Source: a virus
Reading direction: 5' to 3' (one strand)
IMG/VR virus record: IMGVR_UViG_3300031419_000013
Span: 1-64,000 of that record
Length of the DNA: 64,000 nucleotides
The position numbers and the translations under genes are program-made. The notes beneath the pieces are model-generated. The model worked only from the letters and a program-made list of their open reading frames with translations, was not told the DNA's origin and did not search any database. The stretch's first letter is position 1. The number at the start of each line of letters is the position of its first letter. This document shows positions 9,258 to 18,892 of this stretch, piece by piece.

Positions 9258-10059
9258 TTATACTCTAGCTCTTGTTGATGCTGATGTGCTTCGATATGAG
9301 TTAGGTGCAATCCAGACGAATCATCCATTTTTAGACGGGGAGAGAATCCCCGCTAACCCTGAATTTATATATCAAAGGATTGAAGACAGAATCACTCGTA
9401 TAAAGGAAGCTACAAGCTGTTACAACGTACTCCTAGTGTTTAGTGGTTCTGGTAATTTCAGGTTCTCACAAGCCACCCTAGAGCCTTATAAGGGTAAGCG
9501 TGAGGGGTTAACTAAACCTCATCACTGGCAAACTGTGAATGATTATCTCAAAGAGCATTTTGCTCACATTGTTATTGATGGTAGAGAAGCAGATGATTAT
9601 CTCGCTGAGAAGCAACGTATTGATAAGAACACTATTATCTGTACGAGAGATAAGGATTTGTTAGTTACTCCGGGATGGCATTATAGATGGGCATGTGGTG
9701 ATAGACAGCCAGAAGTTCCACCTCATTATGTTACAGAGTTAGATGCTTGGAGAAACTTCTTCCATCAGATGTTGATTGGGGATAATACTGATAACATTAT
9801 TGGTTGTGGTGAAAGACGTCCAGTTATCAGAGGTGGTAAAGAAGTGATGTGGCGTCATGGTGTTGGTCCTAAAGAATCTAAAAAGCTTTTAAAGGACTGT
9901 ACTACTGTGACGGGCATGTATCATACGGTCCGTATAGAATATATGAGACTATTCCCTGAAGCTTGGGAATGTAATATGTTAGAGAACGCTAGACTACTAT
10001 TTGTTGGACAACGTGAAGACGATTTGTTTGACTGGTCTTGGCTAACTAAAGAATGGTAA
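9214..10059 (+). CDS. 5'-3' exonuclease (T7 gp6-like / FEN family)
   Basis: LALVDADVL, ICTRDKDLL and MLIGDNTDNIIGCG resemble T7 gp6 motifs; start uncertain (alt GTG 9241). Confidence 0.7.
   Translation: MDSLLAQGTVIPSYDYTLALVDADVLRYELGAIQTNHPFLDGERIPANPEFIYQRIEDRITRIKEATSCYNVLLVFSGSGNFRFSQATLEPYKGKREGLTKPHHWQTVNDYLKEHFAHIVIDGREADDYLAEKQRIDKNTIICTRDKDLLVTPGWHYRWACGDRQPEVPPHYVTELDAWRNFFHQMLIGDNTDNIIGCGERRPVIRGGKEVMWRHGVGPKESKKLLKDCTTVTGMYHTVRIEYMRLFPEAWECNMLENARLLFVGQREDDLFDWSWLTKEW
9901..9912 (+). promoter_or_regulatory. conserved phage motif variant (gtACTACTGTGACG)
   Basis: 12-nt match inside the exonuclease ORF, 165 nt upstream of ORF 10079. Confidence 0.4.
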
Positions 10060-10078
10060 CATATTACAAGGATGATAT

Positions 10079-10234
10079 ATGAAAGTAGACTACAGCCGTT
10101 ATGAAGAGATGGATTCCCGTGAGTCAACTCGTGATGTTCGTATTAAGAATCACCTGATGGATAAGCGTGGTAATAAATCTCGTACTTATAAAACTTCTCA
10201 TCGTGTCGTAAAACGCCGTGATTGGGAGGAATAA
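10079..10234 (+). CDS. hypothetical basic protein (51 aa)
   Basis: ORF below track cutoff; stop abuts next GTG start. Confidence 0.35.
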   Translation: MKVDYSRYEEMDSRESTRDVRIKNHLMDKRGNKSRTYKTSHRVVKRRDWEE

Positions 10235-10669
10235 GTGTTGGCTAAAACTGCTAAGAAGATGACTACCAAAGTACCGCTGACTAGATGTGGCGGTAAATGG
10301 ACTGAAGCAAGGTTTAACAGTTTTGTTAAATCAGCTATCCGAAGCATGTCAAGTCGATGGCCTGTTAAGTATGATGCTTTGAAAGAAGCTAAGGTTGGTA
10401 TTAAAGTCAACCCAAAGACAGGCCGTAACGCAATGCACTATAAGTGTGCTTGTTGTGGAGAAGACTTTCCTGTTAAGGAAGTTCAGGTAGATCATAAAGA
10501 GCCTCTCGTACCAACGGACGGTACAGCAACTAATGACTGGAATGTAATTATTTCAAGAGCTTTGCCAGAGATTGATGGCTTGCAAGTTCTTTGTAAAAAC
10601 TGTCATAAATTAAAAACTAAGGAAGAGAATGATGAGCGCAGAAGCAGTAGAAAGCACTCAAACCCCTGA
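10235..10669 (+). CDS. HNH endonuclease
   Basis: CACCGEDF...VDHKEPL...CKNCHKLKT. Confidence 0.75.
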   Translation: MLAKTAKKMTTKVPLTRCGGKWTEARFNSFVKSAIRSMSSRWPVKYDALKEAKVGIKVNPKTGRNAMHYKCACCGEDFPVKEVQVDHKEPLVPTDGTATNDWNVIISRALPEIDGLQVLCKNCHKLKTKEENDERRSSRKHSNP

Positions 10670-10868
10670 GTTAACTTTCCTCTATACTAATTACAAGGGT
10701 GAGACAGCTTTGAGAAAGGTTGTAACTCCTAGTCTTACGTATGGTATCTCTGAGTATCATAACAACGGTGAACCGTGTTGGTTGCTCGTTGCATTTGATG
10801 TTACTAAGGGTGATTGGAGGTCGTTCGATTTCTCTAGCATTCATAGTTTTGAACAACTACCCTTCTAA
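10629..10868 (+). CDS. hypothetical protein (79 aa)
   Basis: ORF track. Confidence 0.45.
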   Translation: MMSAEAVESTQTPELTFLYTNYKGETALRKVVTPSLTYGISEYHNNGEPCWLLVAFDVTKGDWRSFDFSSIHSFEQLPF

Positions 10869-10914
10869 GGAGTGAGTATGAATATTGAACTTATTATTGG
10901 TTATGGTGAAGGTG

Positions 10915-11055
10915 ATGAACACCCCGATCTGTAAGGATAAGGTTAGTAAAGCAGCTAAAAAATCTCTTGATTTTTGGTCCAGTATTGATGGAAACAAACT
11001 TTCTAAACTAAATCGAAAAGAAAAAGATTTTGATGTTGTTGGTAAAATTAAATAA
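10915..11055 (+). CDS. hypothetical Lys-rich protein (46 aa)
   Basis: Read by eye; overlaps an 18-aa ORF (10878-10934) that has a strong AAGGAG RBS, in +1 frame. Confidence 0.3.
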   Translation: MNTPICKDKVSKAAKKSLDFWSSIDGNKLSKLNRKEKDFDVVGKIK

Positions 11056-11058
11056 ATA

Positions 11059-11098
11059 AGCCCCCGTTGGATTTCTCCTTCGGGGGCTTTCTTCGTTT
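11059..11098. terminator. bidirectional rho-independent terminator between convergent operons
   Basis: AGCCCCCG...CGGGGGCT stem flanked by A/T runs on both sides (TTTCTTCGTTTT on +, TTATTTATTT on -). Confidence 0.75.
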
Positions 11099-14000
11099 TA
11101 GTCTCTTCTCAGGTTCAGTCTACGAGGCTTTGGACCACCTTTCCTCTTAACCTTCACCTTCGGCTTATCTGTACCAAGCAGAGCAGCTCGACCAACTTTG
11201 TTCAGTGGAATCTGTTTAGTAATCTCACCTCTATCAACAGCCACTGCATACTTCTCTCTATCTGCATTCGTCAGAAGCTTAACTTCATCAAGGTTTTTAC
11301 CCAAGACAGTTCTAACAAGTTTAGATTTCAATCCATTAGCGTGTGGGCTATTGCTCTTAGCAATATTACCAACATCATCACTCGACAACCACAAAGCAGG
11401 TTGGTCTGGATAAGTATCAGAATACGATTTAGACTTCTGCATCATACGAGCATACTGTCTCAGCGAATAACCAGCAGGAGAGTCTTTGCCATAGTAAACT
11501 TTAGAAAGGAGTTCAGCAGCTTCGACAACTTCATCTAAACTGTCCCCATCTTTCAGTGCTTTCTCGGCACGGTCAACAATCTCACCACTTACTGCATCTT
11601 GCGTATCTTTAACATCATCAGACTTAGCGCCTTTAACTTTCTTCTGCAACTCATCAATCTGTTTGTGCAGTGCTTCTAACTCAGGATTAGCTTCTGACAG
11701 TGGACCTGTAGAACCGGAGATTTCCATCTCTTTCTCAGCAGGAGTCATACCAGCTTCTGATTTATTGGCAAAGCGTTGTGCAGCGTTACGAGCTTTGGTA
11801 GCAGCTTCTTGGAAAGCTCTGTCACCTAGTGGGGCAGTAGTAACACCGAAGTTTCTATCCATATGAGCGTCGATGAAGTCATTGATATCCTTCTCAGAAA
11901 GATCCTTTCCTTCCAACTCTTTTCTCATACCCTGTTGAATCTTATCAGTCTGAACTGACAGGTCATGCAGGTTCTGAATATCCTTCGCTACCTTCCTAGA
12001 TTTAGCCAATTTCTCAGCTTCAGCAGCTTCTCTATCAGCCTTAGCCTGAGCATTTTCTTCCTGCTCTTTAGCTTTACGTTCTGATTCTTCAGCTTCTTTC
12101 TTCTTACCAAGTTTCTTATTAACCTCAGCTTCTTGGTTATAGATCTTTTTCCAAAGACTTCTAACTTCCGACGGAGTTAACGGAGTATCTGTTTTCTCAG
12201 CGGCTTTGAACGCTTGGTTAATCATTGGCATAGCAGACTTCTGAACATCACCATGCATTTTAGAAACATCATTGAAGAAGTTCTCACGCTGGTCACGCCA
12301 TTGTTCTGGAGCTTCTTGAGGAACTGATTCCATAGAACCGTCTGACTTAGGTTTCAAAGATCTCTCAAACATCTTCTCAGCCCTTACCTTGATATCAGAG
12401 ATACCTAAGATGTTAGAGTGAGACAGACCTTTAGCTTTGATTGCTTGGTCAATAAACTCAGAAGGAATACCGTACTCTTTAGCCCATCTATCCAGCTCTT
12501 TGACATTCAATTCATGCTGCTTAGCTTCACGAATCTTACGAGCTTTATTCACTTGTTCTACAGAGTGATGCAGTGATTCAACGTTGTTAGCAACATCTTC
12601 ACGTCTCATCTGTTGTAGGAAGTGAGGGTCGTTCATGTTTTCAGGAGTAATCTGGTCTTTGACAGCATCAGTAGTAAAGCGATTCTTAACAGAGTTCAAC
12701 TGTCTTTGTTCGATAGATCTAGTAGCACCAGTCTGGAAGTCCACAGCCTCTCTAGGATCAATTCTAGCAGGTTCTGGCTCAGATGTAGGCTCAGCTACTG
12801 GTTCTTCGTTAGAAGCTCTTCTAGGGTCTCTAGCAAGCGTCTGATCGACTTCTGGAGTTGGCTCTGGAGTAGGTTCAGGTTCAACTACTTGTTCTTGCTG
12901 AACTGGAGCCTCTTCTTCGACAGGTCTGCGAGGAGTTCTCACCATTTCCTGATCTACAGTACGAGGTGCTTCTGGTTCAACAACAGGTTCCTGAACAGGA
13001 GCTGGTTCATCTTGTACTGGTCTACGAGGAGATCTAACAAGAGTCTGGTCTACTTCACGAGGAGTAGGCTCAGGAGCTACGATTTGCTGTTCTGGAACAG
13101 GTTCATCAATAACTGGTTCTTCTGTTGGTCTACGTGGAGAACGAACTAAAGTTTGATCAATCTCTGGAGCAACAATCTGTTGTTCAGGGACTGGCTCATC
13201 AATGACAGGTTCATTACGTCTAGGAGCACGAACAAGACCTTGGTCTGGTTGTGGACGAACTACTTCTGGCTCTGGAGTAGGAGTTGGTTCTGGTTGACTA
13301 TATTCCATCTCTGGAGTTGTATCTTCAATCGGAGTTTGTTCCATCTCTGCACGAGCAGCTTCTGTAGCGTTACGACTTTTAGCAACAGCCAAATCACCAC
13401 GAGCAAGTTGTCTTACTTGAGCAAGGTTACGATCTTTCTCAGCACGAAGTTGAGATCTCGCTCTACCAGACAGCAAAGCATCCTTAGTAGTCCCTACAAC
13501 GTCTAGGAGGCTCTTAGGGACGTTATCAGCACTACGCCCTTGTGTTGGGTTGGTTGATGCGTTACGGAAGCTAGGATGCATGTTATGGAGCTGTTGGTAA
13601 GCAGCATTATATTCAGCAGCATGTGCAACAGGATTGAATCCTTCAGTGAATCCATCAACACCTTTATAAGACTTCAGGAAATCATTCTTAAAGTAATCTG
13701 GAGTAGAGTCGAAAGCATCTTGTGCTTCTTTAGCTCTGTCCAAAGTTTCTTTGAAGGTATTGTTATCCTGACCTTTATCACGCTTCATTGCAGTAACATA
13801 GTCACCAAAAGCTTGTTTAAAGTTGTTGATAGGAGTCAGTTCTTCACGAATCGCTGAACCATAACTACCTGCTTCTGTAGCACGTTCACCATAAGAGTTG
13901 TTTAACTTCTCAACCATACGGTCAACATTGTTCTTAGCAGAGTCAAGACTTGTAGTTACATCACCAACTAAAGATTTACCGCCACGTTCAATCTCATCAC

Positions 14001-15147
14001 GAGTGACAGCCATTTTACCAGCGTCAGTTTTATTCGTAACAAAAGGAATCATAGTGTTAGTCGCTGAATCTCTGTGAGCATCCATTGATTTAACAATGTC
14101 ATCCTGAGTCTTACCGAAAGCAGCCATACCGTCAGCATCATTAGCCAGACGGCTATCTAACAGAGGTACGCCACGGTCAGCAAGAATCTGACTACCACGA
14201 ACAGCGTTGTACTGACCAGCAGTAGAATAAGCATTAACCAAATCATCACTAGATTTTGCATTAGCAACAATCTCAGCTTGGTCTGCAATGTTTCTCTGCG
14301 AGTTAGGGTTCATATTGTTCACTACATCTTGAGCAGCTTTACCACCACGAGTCAGGAGATTAGAAGCAGCACCGAAGGCACCACCGAATGCAGCACCAGC
14401 CGCAGCCTCTTCCAAAGACCCACCAATAATATCCCCAACATCTGCGTTAGGGTTGTCGTTAGCTTCTCTAGCAGCACCAGTAGCTAAACCACCGCCAGCA
14501 CCCACCAAAGCATTTCTTCCTGCATCTCTAGCCACATCCATAGAACGACCAATCAAACCTTCAGCAGCACGACCACCTGCACCCGGCAGTAATGAGTTAG
14601 CTAAGAAAGTAGCACCACCCACGTTAACTGCATCGGTAAGATTCTCTTGTCCATCTTTCTGATTAGCATAGGCATTACCCATCTCACGAGCAGCAATACC
14701 CGGAATAGCAACACCCGGAGCAGCAATCATAGCTCCAACATCACCAACGATACGTCCACCAAACTCACCTACAGATCTAGCGGAATCGCTTTGAATCTCT
14801 GCCTGACGTTTCTTATACAGAGTGTCAGAGTTTTGTTCCATTCTTCTGCCATAAGTAGAAAGAGAGCTAGGCTCCATTCCTAATGCAGCATTAGCAGCTC
14901 TATCACCCATCTGCACTAGACCAGCAACACCTCTTGCCACATCGTGGCTTACTGTGTTAGCACCGGACTGAACAGCATCCCCTAAAAAACTGCCTAGTTG
15001 ACGAAGAGAAGATTCATCAGAACGAGCTTGGGGGATTACTCCCCCTGCGTTCTTATATTTGACTTCCATCTCTGCTTTCTGATCATCACTAGCATTTTGA
15101 TAGAGAGGGGATGCAGCAATTTCACCCCAATCTTTTAAAGAAGCCAT
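11098..15147 (-). CDS. large virion (internal/ejection-type) protein with Pro/Glu-rich tandem repeats
   Basis: 1349 aa; Gly/Ala-rich N-terminus, five DQxLVRxPRR repeats, Lys/Glu coiled coil; last gene of late operon. Confidence 0.65.
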   Translation of the reverse strand: MASLKDWGEIAASPLYQNASDDQKAEMEVKYKNAGGVIPQARSDESSLRQLGSFLGDAVQSGANTVSHDVARGVAGLVQMGDRAANAALGMEPSSLSTYGRRMEQNSDTLYKKRQAEIQSDSARSVGEFGGRIVGDVGAMIAAPGVAIPGIAAREMGNAYANQKDGQENLTDAVNVGGATFLANSLLPGAGGRAAEGLIGRSMDVARDAGRNALVGAGGGLATGAAREANDNPNADVGDIIGGSLEEAAAGAAFGGAFGAASNLLTRGGKAAQDVVNNMNPNSQRNIADQAEIVANAKSSDDLVNAYSTAGQYNAVRGSQILADRGVPLLDSRLANDADGMAAFGKTQDDIVKSMDAHRDSATNTMIPFVTNKTDAGKMAVTRDEIERGGKSLVGDVTTSLDSAKNNVDRMVEKLNNSYGERATEAGSYGSAIREELTPINNFKQAFGDYVTAMKRDKGQDNNTFKETLDRAKEAQDAFDSTPDYFKNDFLKSYKGVDGFTEGFNPVAHAAEYNAAYQQLHNMHPSFRNASTNPTQGRSADNVPKSLLDVVGTTKDALLSGRARSQLRAEKDRNLAQVRQLARGDLAVAKSRNATEAARAEMEQTPIEDTTPEMEYSQPEPTPTPEPEVVRPQPDQGLVRAPRRNEPVIDEPVPEQQIVAPEIDQTLVRSPRRPTEEPVIDEPVPEQQIVAPEPTPREVDQTLVRSPRRPVQDEPAPVQEPVVEPEAPRTVDQEMVRTPRRPVEEEAPVQQEQVVEPEPTPEPTPEVDQTLARDPRRASNEEPVAEPTSEPEPARIDPREAVDFQTGATRSIEQRQLNSVKNRFTTDAVKDQITPENMNDPHFLQQMRREDVANNVESLHHSVEQVNKARKIREAKQHELNVKELDRWAKEYGIPSEFIDQAIKAKGLSHSNILGISDIKVRAEKMFERSLKPKSDGSMESVPQEAPEQWRDQRENFFNDVSKMHGDVQKSAMPMINQAFKAAEKTDTPLTPSEVRSLWKKIYNQEAEVNKKLGKKKEAEESERKAKEQEENAQAKADREAAEAEKLAKSRKVAKDIQNLHDLSVQTDKIQQGMRKELEGKDLSEKDINDFIDAHMDRNFGVTTAPLGDRAFQEAATKARNAAQRFANKSEAGMTPAEKEMEISGSTGPLSEANPELEALHKQIDELQKKVKGAKSDDVKDTQDAVSGEIVDRAEKALKDGDSLDEVVEAAELLSKVYYGKDSPAGYSLRQYARMMQKSKSYSDTYPDQPALWLSSDDVGNIAKSNSPHANGLKSKLVRTVLGKNLDEVKLLTNADREKYAVAVDRGEITKQIPLNKVGRAALLGTDKPKVKVKRKGGPKPRRLNLRRD
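12780..13275 (-). repeat. in-frame tandem repeats encoding (EPV..EQQIVAPE..)DQxLVRxPRR x5
   Basis: Repeats visible in translated residues about 625-790 of the 1349-aa protein. Confidence 0.8.
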
Positions 15148-15161
15148 TAGCTCCCTCCTTA

Positions 15162-16880
15162 TTACTTAGTATTTAACATCCAAGAATCATCTCCACCTGA
15201 CAAAGCACCTTGTTTCTTAGGAGTGTTAGGACCACTACCTGTACCGAAACCAAGTGAAACAGATGAAGTGATTAAGCGTCTAGCTTTATCTTCTGGCATA
15301 CCAGCCTCAATAAGTCTCTGAACAGAAATGTCCATACGTTTATTAAGTTCATCATGCTCAGCACCTTGAGCCAGCTTAATCTGATCTTTCATGAAAGCTA
15401 ACCCTGCTCTTGTAGGACCGAAGCCACCTTGCAGGGAAACTTGGTTAGCCTTTCTAGTAAGGAATGCTGGAGATTCTGTAAGAGCATCACGACGTTCATG
15501 GTCAAGCATACCTTGTGAACCAAGAGTACCACGAGCCAATTCATCCTGTGCTTCACGATATGCAGCAGCAGCTTTACTATAGTCACCTGCATCCAGAGCA
15601 TCTTGAGCTTGCTGGATAAGACGTTCACCTTTATTAAAGGCCATCATCTTAGTAGCATTCTGGTTGATTGCAGTTCTGAATTGTGCGGTGATTGGACTAA
15701 CTTGACGAGCTGTTAAACCACCGTAGATATCATTACTATCATCTTCAGACTTCTTCTTATCTTTATAATCCAGAACAGCAAGCTGTCTCTTAAGGATTCT
15801 ATCGGAAGAAGCTTCTTGAGAATCAATCTGACGTTGTTGTCTATCAATCGCCCACTTATTATCTCTCTCAGCTCTAGCCTGCTCTTGCTGACTTGTTACA
15901 TCATTACGAGCTTGCCAGATGTTGTTCTCAGCAGCCAAACGATCTTCATCGGACATACGTTTCTGTTTCAGAAGAGTTGGATCACCAGAGGCAGTTGCAG
16001 CAGCAATACTATCAGGAGTATACATCTGCATTAAATATTCTCTGTTACCTTTCAACTGTTCTTTCATATCAGCGTTAGTCATTGCTTGAGAGCCAGCTTG
16101 GAATGCTTGCATTGGATTAGCACCAGACATAATTGCCAAACCAACATTCATCATCCCTGTATAGAAGTTAGAGTCTTTATAGAAAGGGTCTTTCTTAACT
16201 TCCTGCCAAGCAGCTTTAGGATCTTTTGCTTGAGCAATAGAAGTCATATCACCTTTAATTCTCTGAGCATCTAAGTTCTGAGATTCAGCAGACATTCCAT
16301 TAGCTGGAGTACGTGCTTGGAAACCTAGGTCTACACCGTTTAAACCAGCCTGTACAGCATTCTGTGAGAACTGTGTAACATCATTGGTTGGGTTCTGAGA
16401 AATCTCTTTAGGAGCGGATGTAGGAAGTAATCCAGCCTGTCCCATAGTTTGTTCATCTTGAAAAACTTCTGGACCCGGTTGAGCACCGTTAGGTTGATCT
16501 TGAGGAGCACCAGCTTGAATACCTGCAAGACTACCAGCACCAGTGATTTGACTCAGAAGAGAATTAACATCAATCCCTTGAGGAGCCATAGGCTGTTGTG
16601 GTTGTTGAGGGTTGATATCATAATCAGGTCTAGTGATGTTTTGATTATCTTGTTGAGCCTGATTTGCAAGTGATGCTACGTCCATACCCCCTTGCTGAAC
16701 ACCCGGTTGGGTAGCAGCATAAGCGTCAGGAGTCATCCCCCTAGACGCTTTCATGTAATCCGCAAGCTGAGCCATGTTCACTCTGTTACGAGCAGGCTGA
16801 CTAGCCATTGGATTATATGGGGTAGGTTGAGCAAAGCTAACCGGACTTTGCCCGGTTCTTTGTGAATAAATCGTATCCAT
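15162..16880 (-). CDS. virion/internal protein, Gln/Pro/Ala-rich (572 aa)
   Basis: Low-complexity N-half and helical C-half; position among internal virion genes. Confidence 0.55.
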   Translation of the reverse strand: MDTIYSQRTGQSPVSFAQPTPYNPMASQPARNRVNMAQLADYMKASRGMTPDAYAATQPGVQQGGMDVASLANQAQQDNQNITRPDYDINPQQPQQPMAPQGIDVNSLLSQITGAGSLAGIQAGAPQDQPNGAQPGPEVFQDEQTMGQAGLLPTSAPKEISQNPTNDVTQFSQNAVQAGLNGVDLGFQARTPANGMSAESQNLDAQRIKGDMTSIAQAKDPKAAWQEVKKDPFYKDSNFYTGMMNVGLAIMSGANPMQAFQAGSQAMTNADMKEQLKGNREYLMQMYTPDSIAAATASGDPTLLKQKRMSDEDRLAAENNIWQARNDVTSQQEQARAERDNKWAIDRQQRQIDSQEASSDRILKRQLAVLDYKDKKKSEDDSNDIYGGLTARQVSPITAQFRTAINQNATKMMAFNKGERLIQQAQDALDAGDYSKAAAAYREAQDELARGTLGSQGMLDHERRDALTESPAFLTRKANQVSLQGGFGPTRAGLAFMKDQIKLAQGAEHDELNKRMDISVQRLIEAGMPEDKARRLITSSVSLGFGTGSGPNTPKKQGALSGGDDSWMLNTK

Positions 16881-16889
16881 TATAACCCC

Positions 16890-17864
16890 TTATGAAGAAG
16901 ACAGCGCACCAATAACACCACCTGCCATAGCACCATAAGGTCCAAAGGCAGAACCAGCAGCAGCACCTGACATAGCACCACCCAACATTCCCGTACCACC
17001 ACCAGAAGATGTAGTAGTGGTTGTCATACCCTGAGCACCATTCAACACTGAAGCTGCATTAAGCATATTCTGAATCTGTGTCCAATCGTAGTTCTGGTTG
17101 TTGATGGCATTGTTATAGTTCATGTTGTTTTGGTTCTGTGTGTTAGCTTGCATCTGATTACCAGCAGCAAGAGCATTCTGGTTTGCAGAGTTAGCGAACT
17201 GAGCGCCTGTACCAGCCAAGCCAGCCATATTAGAACCGTTCTGAGCTAAAGCGCCTAGAGCGTTATATTGCTGTTGTCTGTTACCAGAGAGAATACTATT
17301 AGCTTGACCAACAGCATTCTGATAGGCTGAGTTTGTAAGATTCGATGCATCATTCTGCATTTGAGAAAGAGCCGCTGTCTTAGCATTATCCTTAGCCATT
17401 CTTGAAGCACTACCGCCACCACCGCCCTGCATAGTCTGTTGTGCGATATTGGTTAACTGATTCTCTGCAAGGTTCTGCTTTGTGCCATAGTTAGTAGCAT
17501 CAATAGCAGCTTGTACAGAATCGTTGTCGTATAGTTGACCGGCTAGGTTATTAATCTGGTCAGATGTAATACCACCATTACCAGCCAAGTTCTGAAGCTG
17601 TGAATAAGCACTATCTAAAGTACTCAAACCAGTTTGGCCCCCTGAGATCAATTGACTTGATAGGGAGTTTAGTTGGTCTGAATTGATAAGCTGATTCAGA
17701 GCGTCCTGTTGAGTTTGATTAAGTCCAGCAAATTGTTGATTAACATAACTACCGTTAGTAGTGTTGTTAGTCTGATTCATCAAGGAATCAATCATGCTTT
17801 GGATATAATCAGGTCTGGTAGTCTTACTCTTCTGAGCAGAATTACCTCCACCAAATAAGCCCAT
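16890..17864 (-). CDS. Gln/Asn/Gly-rich virion protein (paralog A)
   Basis: MGLFGGG... N/Q-rich, Gly-rich hydrophobic tail GGAMSGAAAGSAFGPYGAMAGGVIGAL. Confidence 0.55.
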   Translation of the reverse strand: MGLFGGGNSAQKSKTTRPDYIQSMIDSLMNQTNNTTNGSYVNQQFAGLNQTQQDALNQLINSDQLNSLSSQLISGGQTGLSTLDSAYSQLQNLAGNGGITSDQINNLAGQLYDNDSVQAAIDATNYGTKQNLAENQLTNIAQQTMQGGGGGSASRMAKDNAKTAALSQMQNDASNLTNSAYQNAVGQANSILSGNRQQQYNALGALAQNGSNMAGLAGTGAQFANSANQNALAAGNQMQANTQNQNNMNYNNAINNQNYDWTQIQNMLNAASVLNGAQGMTTTTTSSGGGTGMLGGAMSGAAAGSAFGPYGAMAGGVIGALSSS

Positions 17865-17873
17865 GTTGCCTCC

Positions 17874-18881
17874 TTATGATGAGAACCAATTAGTCAAACC
17901 GTTCAATGCACCAGTACCACCGTTGTTATACCACTGGTTAGTGTATTGCTGTTGACCTTTGCTGTTAAGAATAGCGTTACCACCATTATCTGCTAAGACA
18001 TTACCCGCACCAGTAAATCCACCAAGACTTCCGTAAGTACCGAGAGCAGAGATACCTGCACCGAGTAATTGCTGACCTTGTGACATACCGGGGGTAACTC
18101 CAGTAGTTGTGTAACCCGCCATTGGACTTAATGAATTAAGTACATTGAGTTTGTTATTGAGCTGGTTCCAGTCAAACTGCTGAGCACCCAAAGCATTCTG
18201 CCAATCGTTGTTGTATTCATTCTGAGTCTGAGCCTGTTGCTGATTACCAGCACCAAGAGCATTCATCATGGCAGTCTGATTAAGAGCAGCAGACTGATTA
18301 CCGAGACCAATATTGGAATTAGCAATATTACCAAGTAAGTTAGCAGCTCCAAGCTGAGCAGAATTATTTCCCTGAAGAACATTAGCACCCATAGCATTCA
18401 AAGATTGTTGTCTACTATTATTAGTAAGAGCAGCAATGTTGTTTGCCCCTGTCTTATTAGCTGCACGAACAGCCGCACCACCACCTAGACTCGCAGCAGC
18501 ATTACCTGCACTGGTTCCTTGATTGATGGCAGTCTGATTGAGTTTATTACCCAACATGCTGCTAGTGAAATCATTTACATTCTGACCAGTGACAGGACTG
18601 TTAGCAAGATTCTGTAGCATGGAATTAACATCACCATACTGATTGATACCTTGCTGAGTTCTATCTCCGTACATACCAGCCACTTGATTAAGAGCAGTGT
18701 TATTAGTCAGAGCATCTAAAGCACCTTGCTGAGTTGAATTAAAACCAGCTAAGTCATGATTGATATAACTACCAACGTCCATCTGATTGGTCATTGTTGC
18801 AATTTGTTTTAACAGATTAGCAACGTTATCAGAAGGTTTTACGCTGGTCTTAGTTGTGGTTGCCCCACCGAAAAGAGCCAT
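17874..18881 (-). CDS. Gln/Asn/Gly-rich virion protein (paralog B)
   Basis: MALFGGATT... same architecture and composition as neighbour. Confidence 0.55.
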   Translation of the reverse strand: MALFGGATTTKTSVKPSDNVANLLKQIATMTNQMDVGSYINHDLAGFNSTQQGALDALTNNTALNQVAGMYGDRTQQGINQYGDVNSMLQNLANSPVTGQNVNDFTSSMLGNKLNQTAINQGTSAGNAAASLGGGAAVRAANKTGANNIAALTNNSRQQSLNAMGANVLQGNNSAQLGAANLLGNIANSNIGLGNQSAALNQTAMMNALGAGNQQQAQTQNEYNNDWQNALGAQQFDWNQLNNKLNVLNSLSPMAGYTTTGVTPGMSQGQQLLGAGISALGTYGSLGGFTGAGNVLADNGGNAILNSKGQQQYTNQWYNNGGTGALNGLTNWFSS

Positions 18882-18892
18882 AAGTCCTCCTA

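Noticed and set aside
10878-11055. Programmed +1 frameshift joining the 18-aa ORF (strong AAGGAG RBS) to the overlapping 46-aa ORF.
   Set aside because: No slippery or shifty site was recognised at the overlap. Two independent small ORFs, or a sequencing indel, are equally likely.
12622-13506. Plus-strand ORFs (175 and 117 aa), along with many other antisense ORFs inside the 11-42 kb structural genes.
   Set aside because: They are antisense shadows of long, well-supported minus-strand genes. Here they lie opposite the Pro/Glu repeat region. Their translations are low-complexity Ser/Leu/Phe/Trp-rich, and nothing indicates expression.
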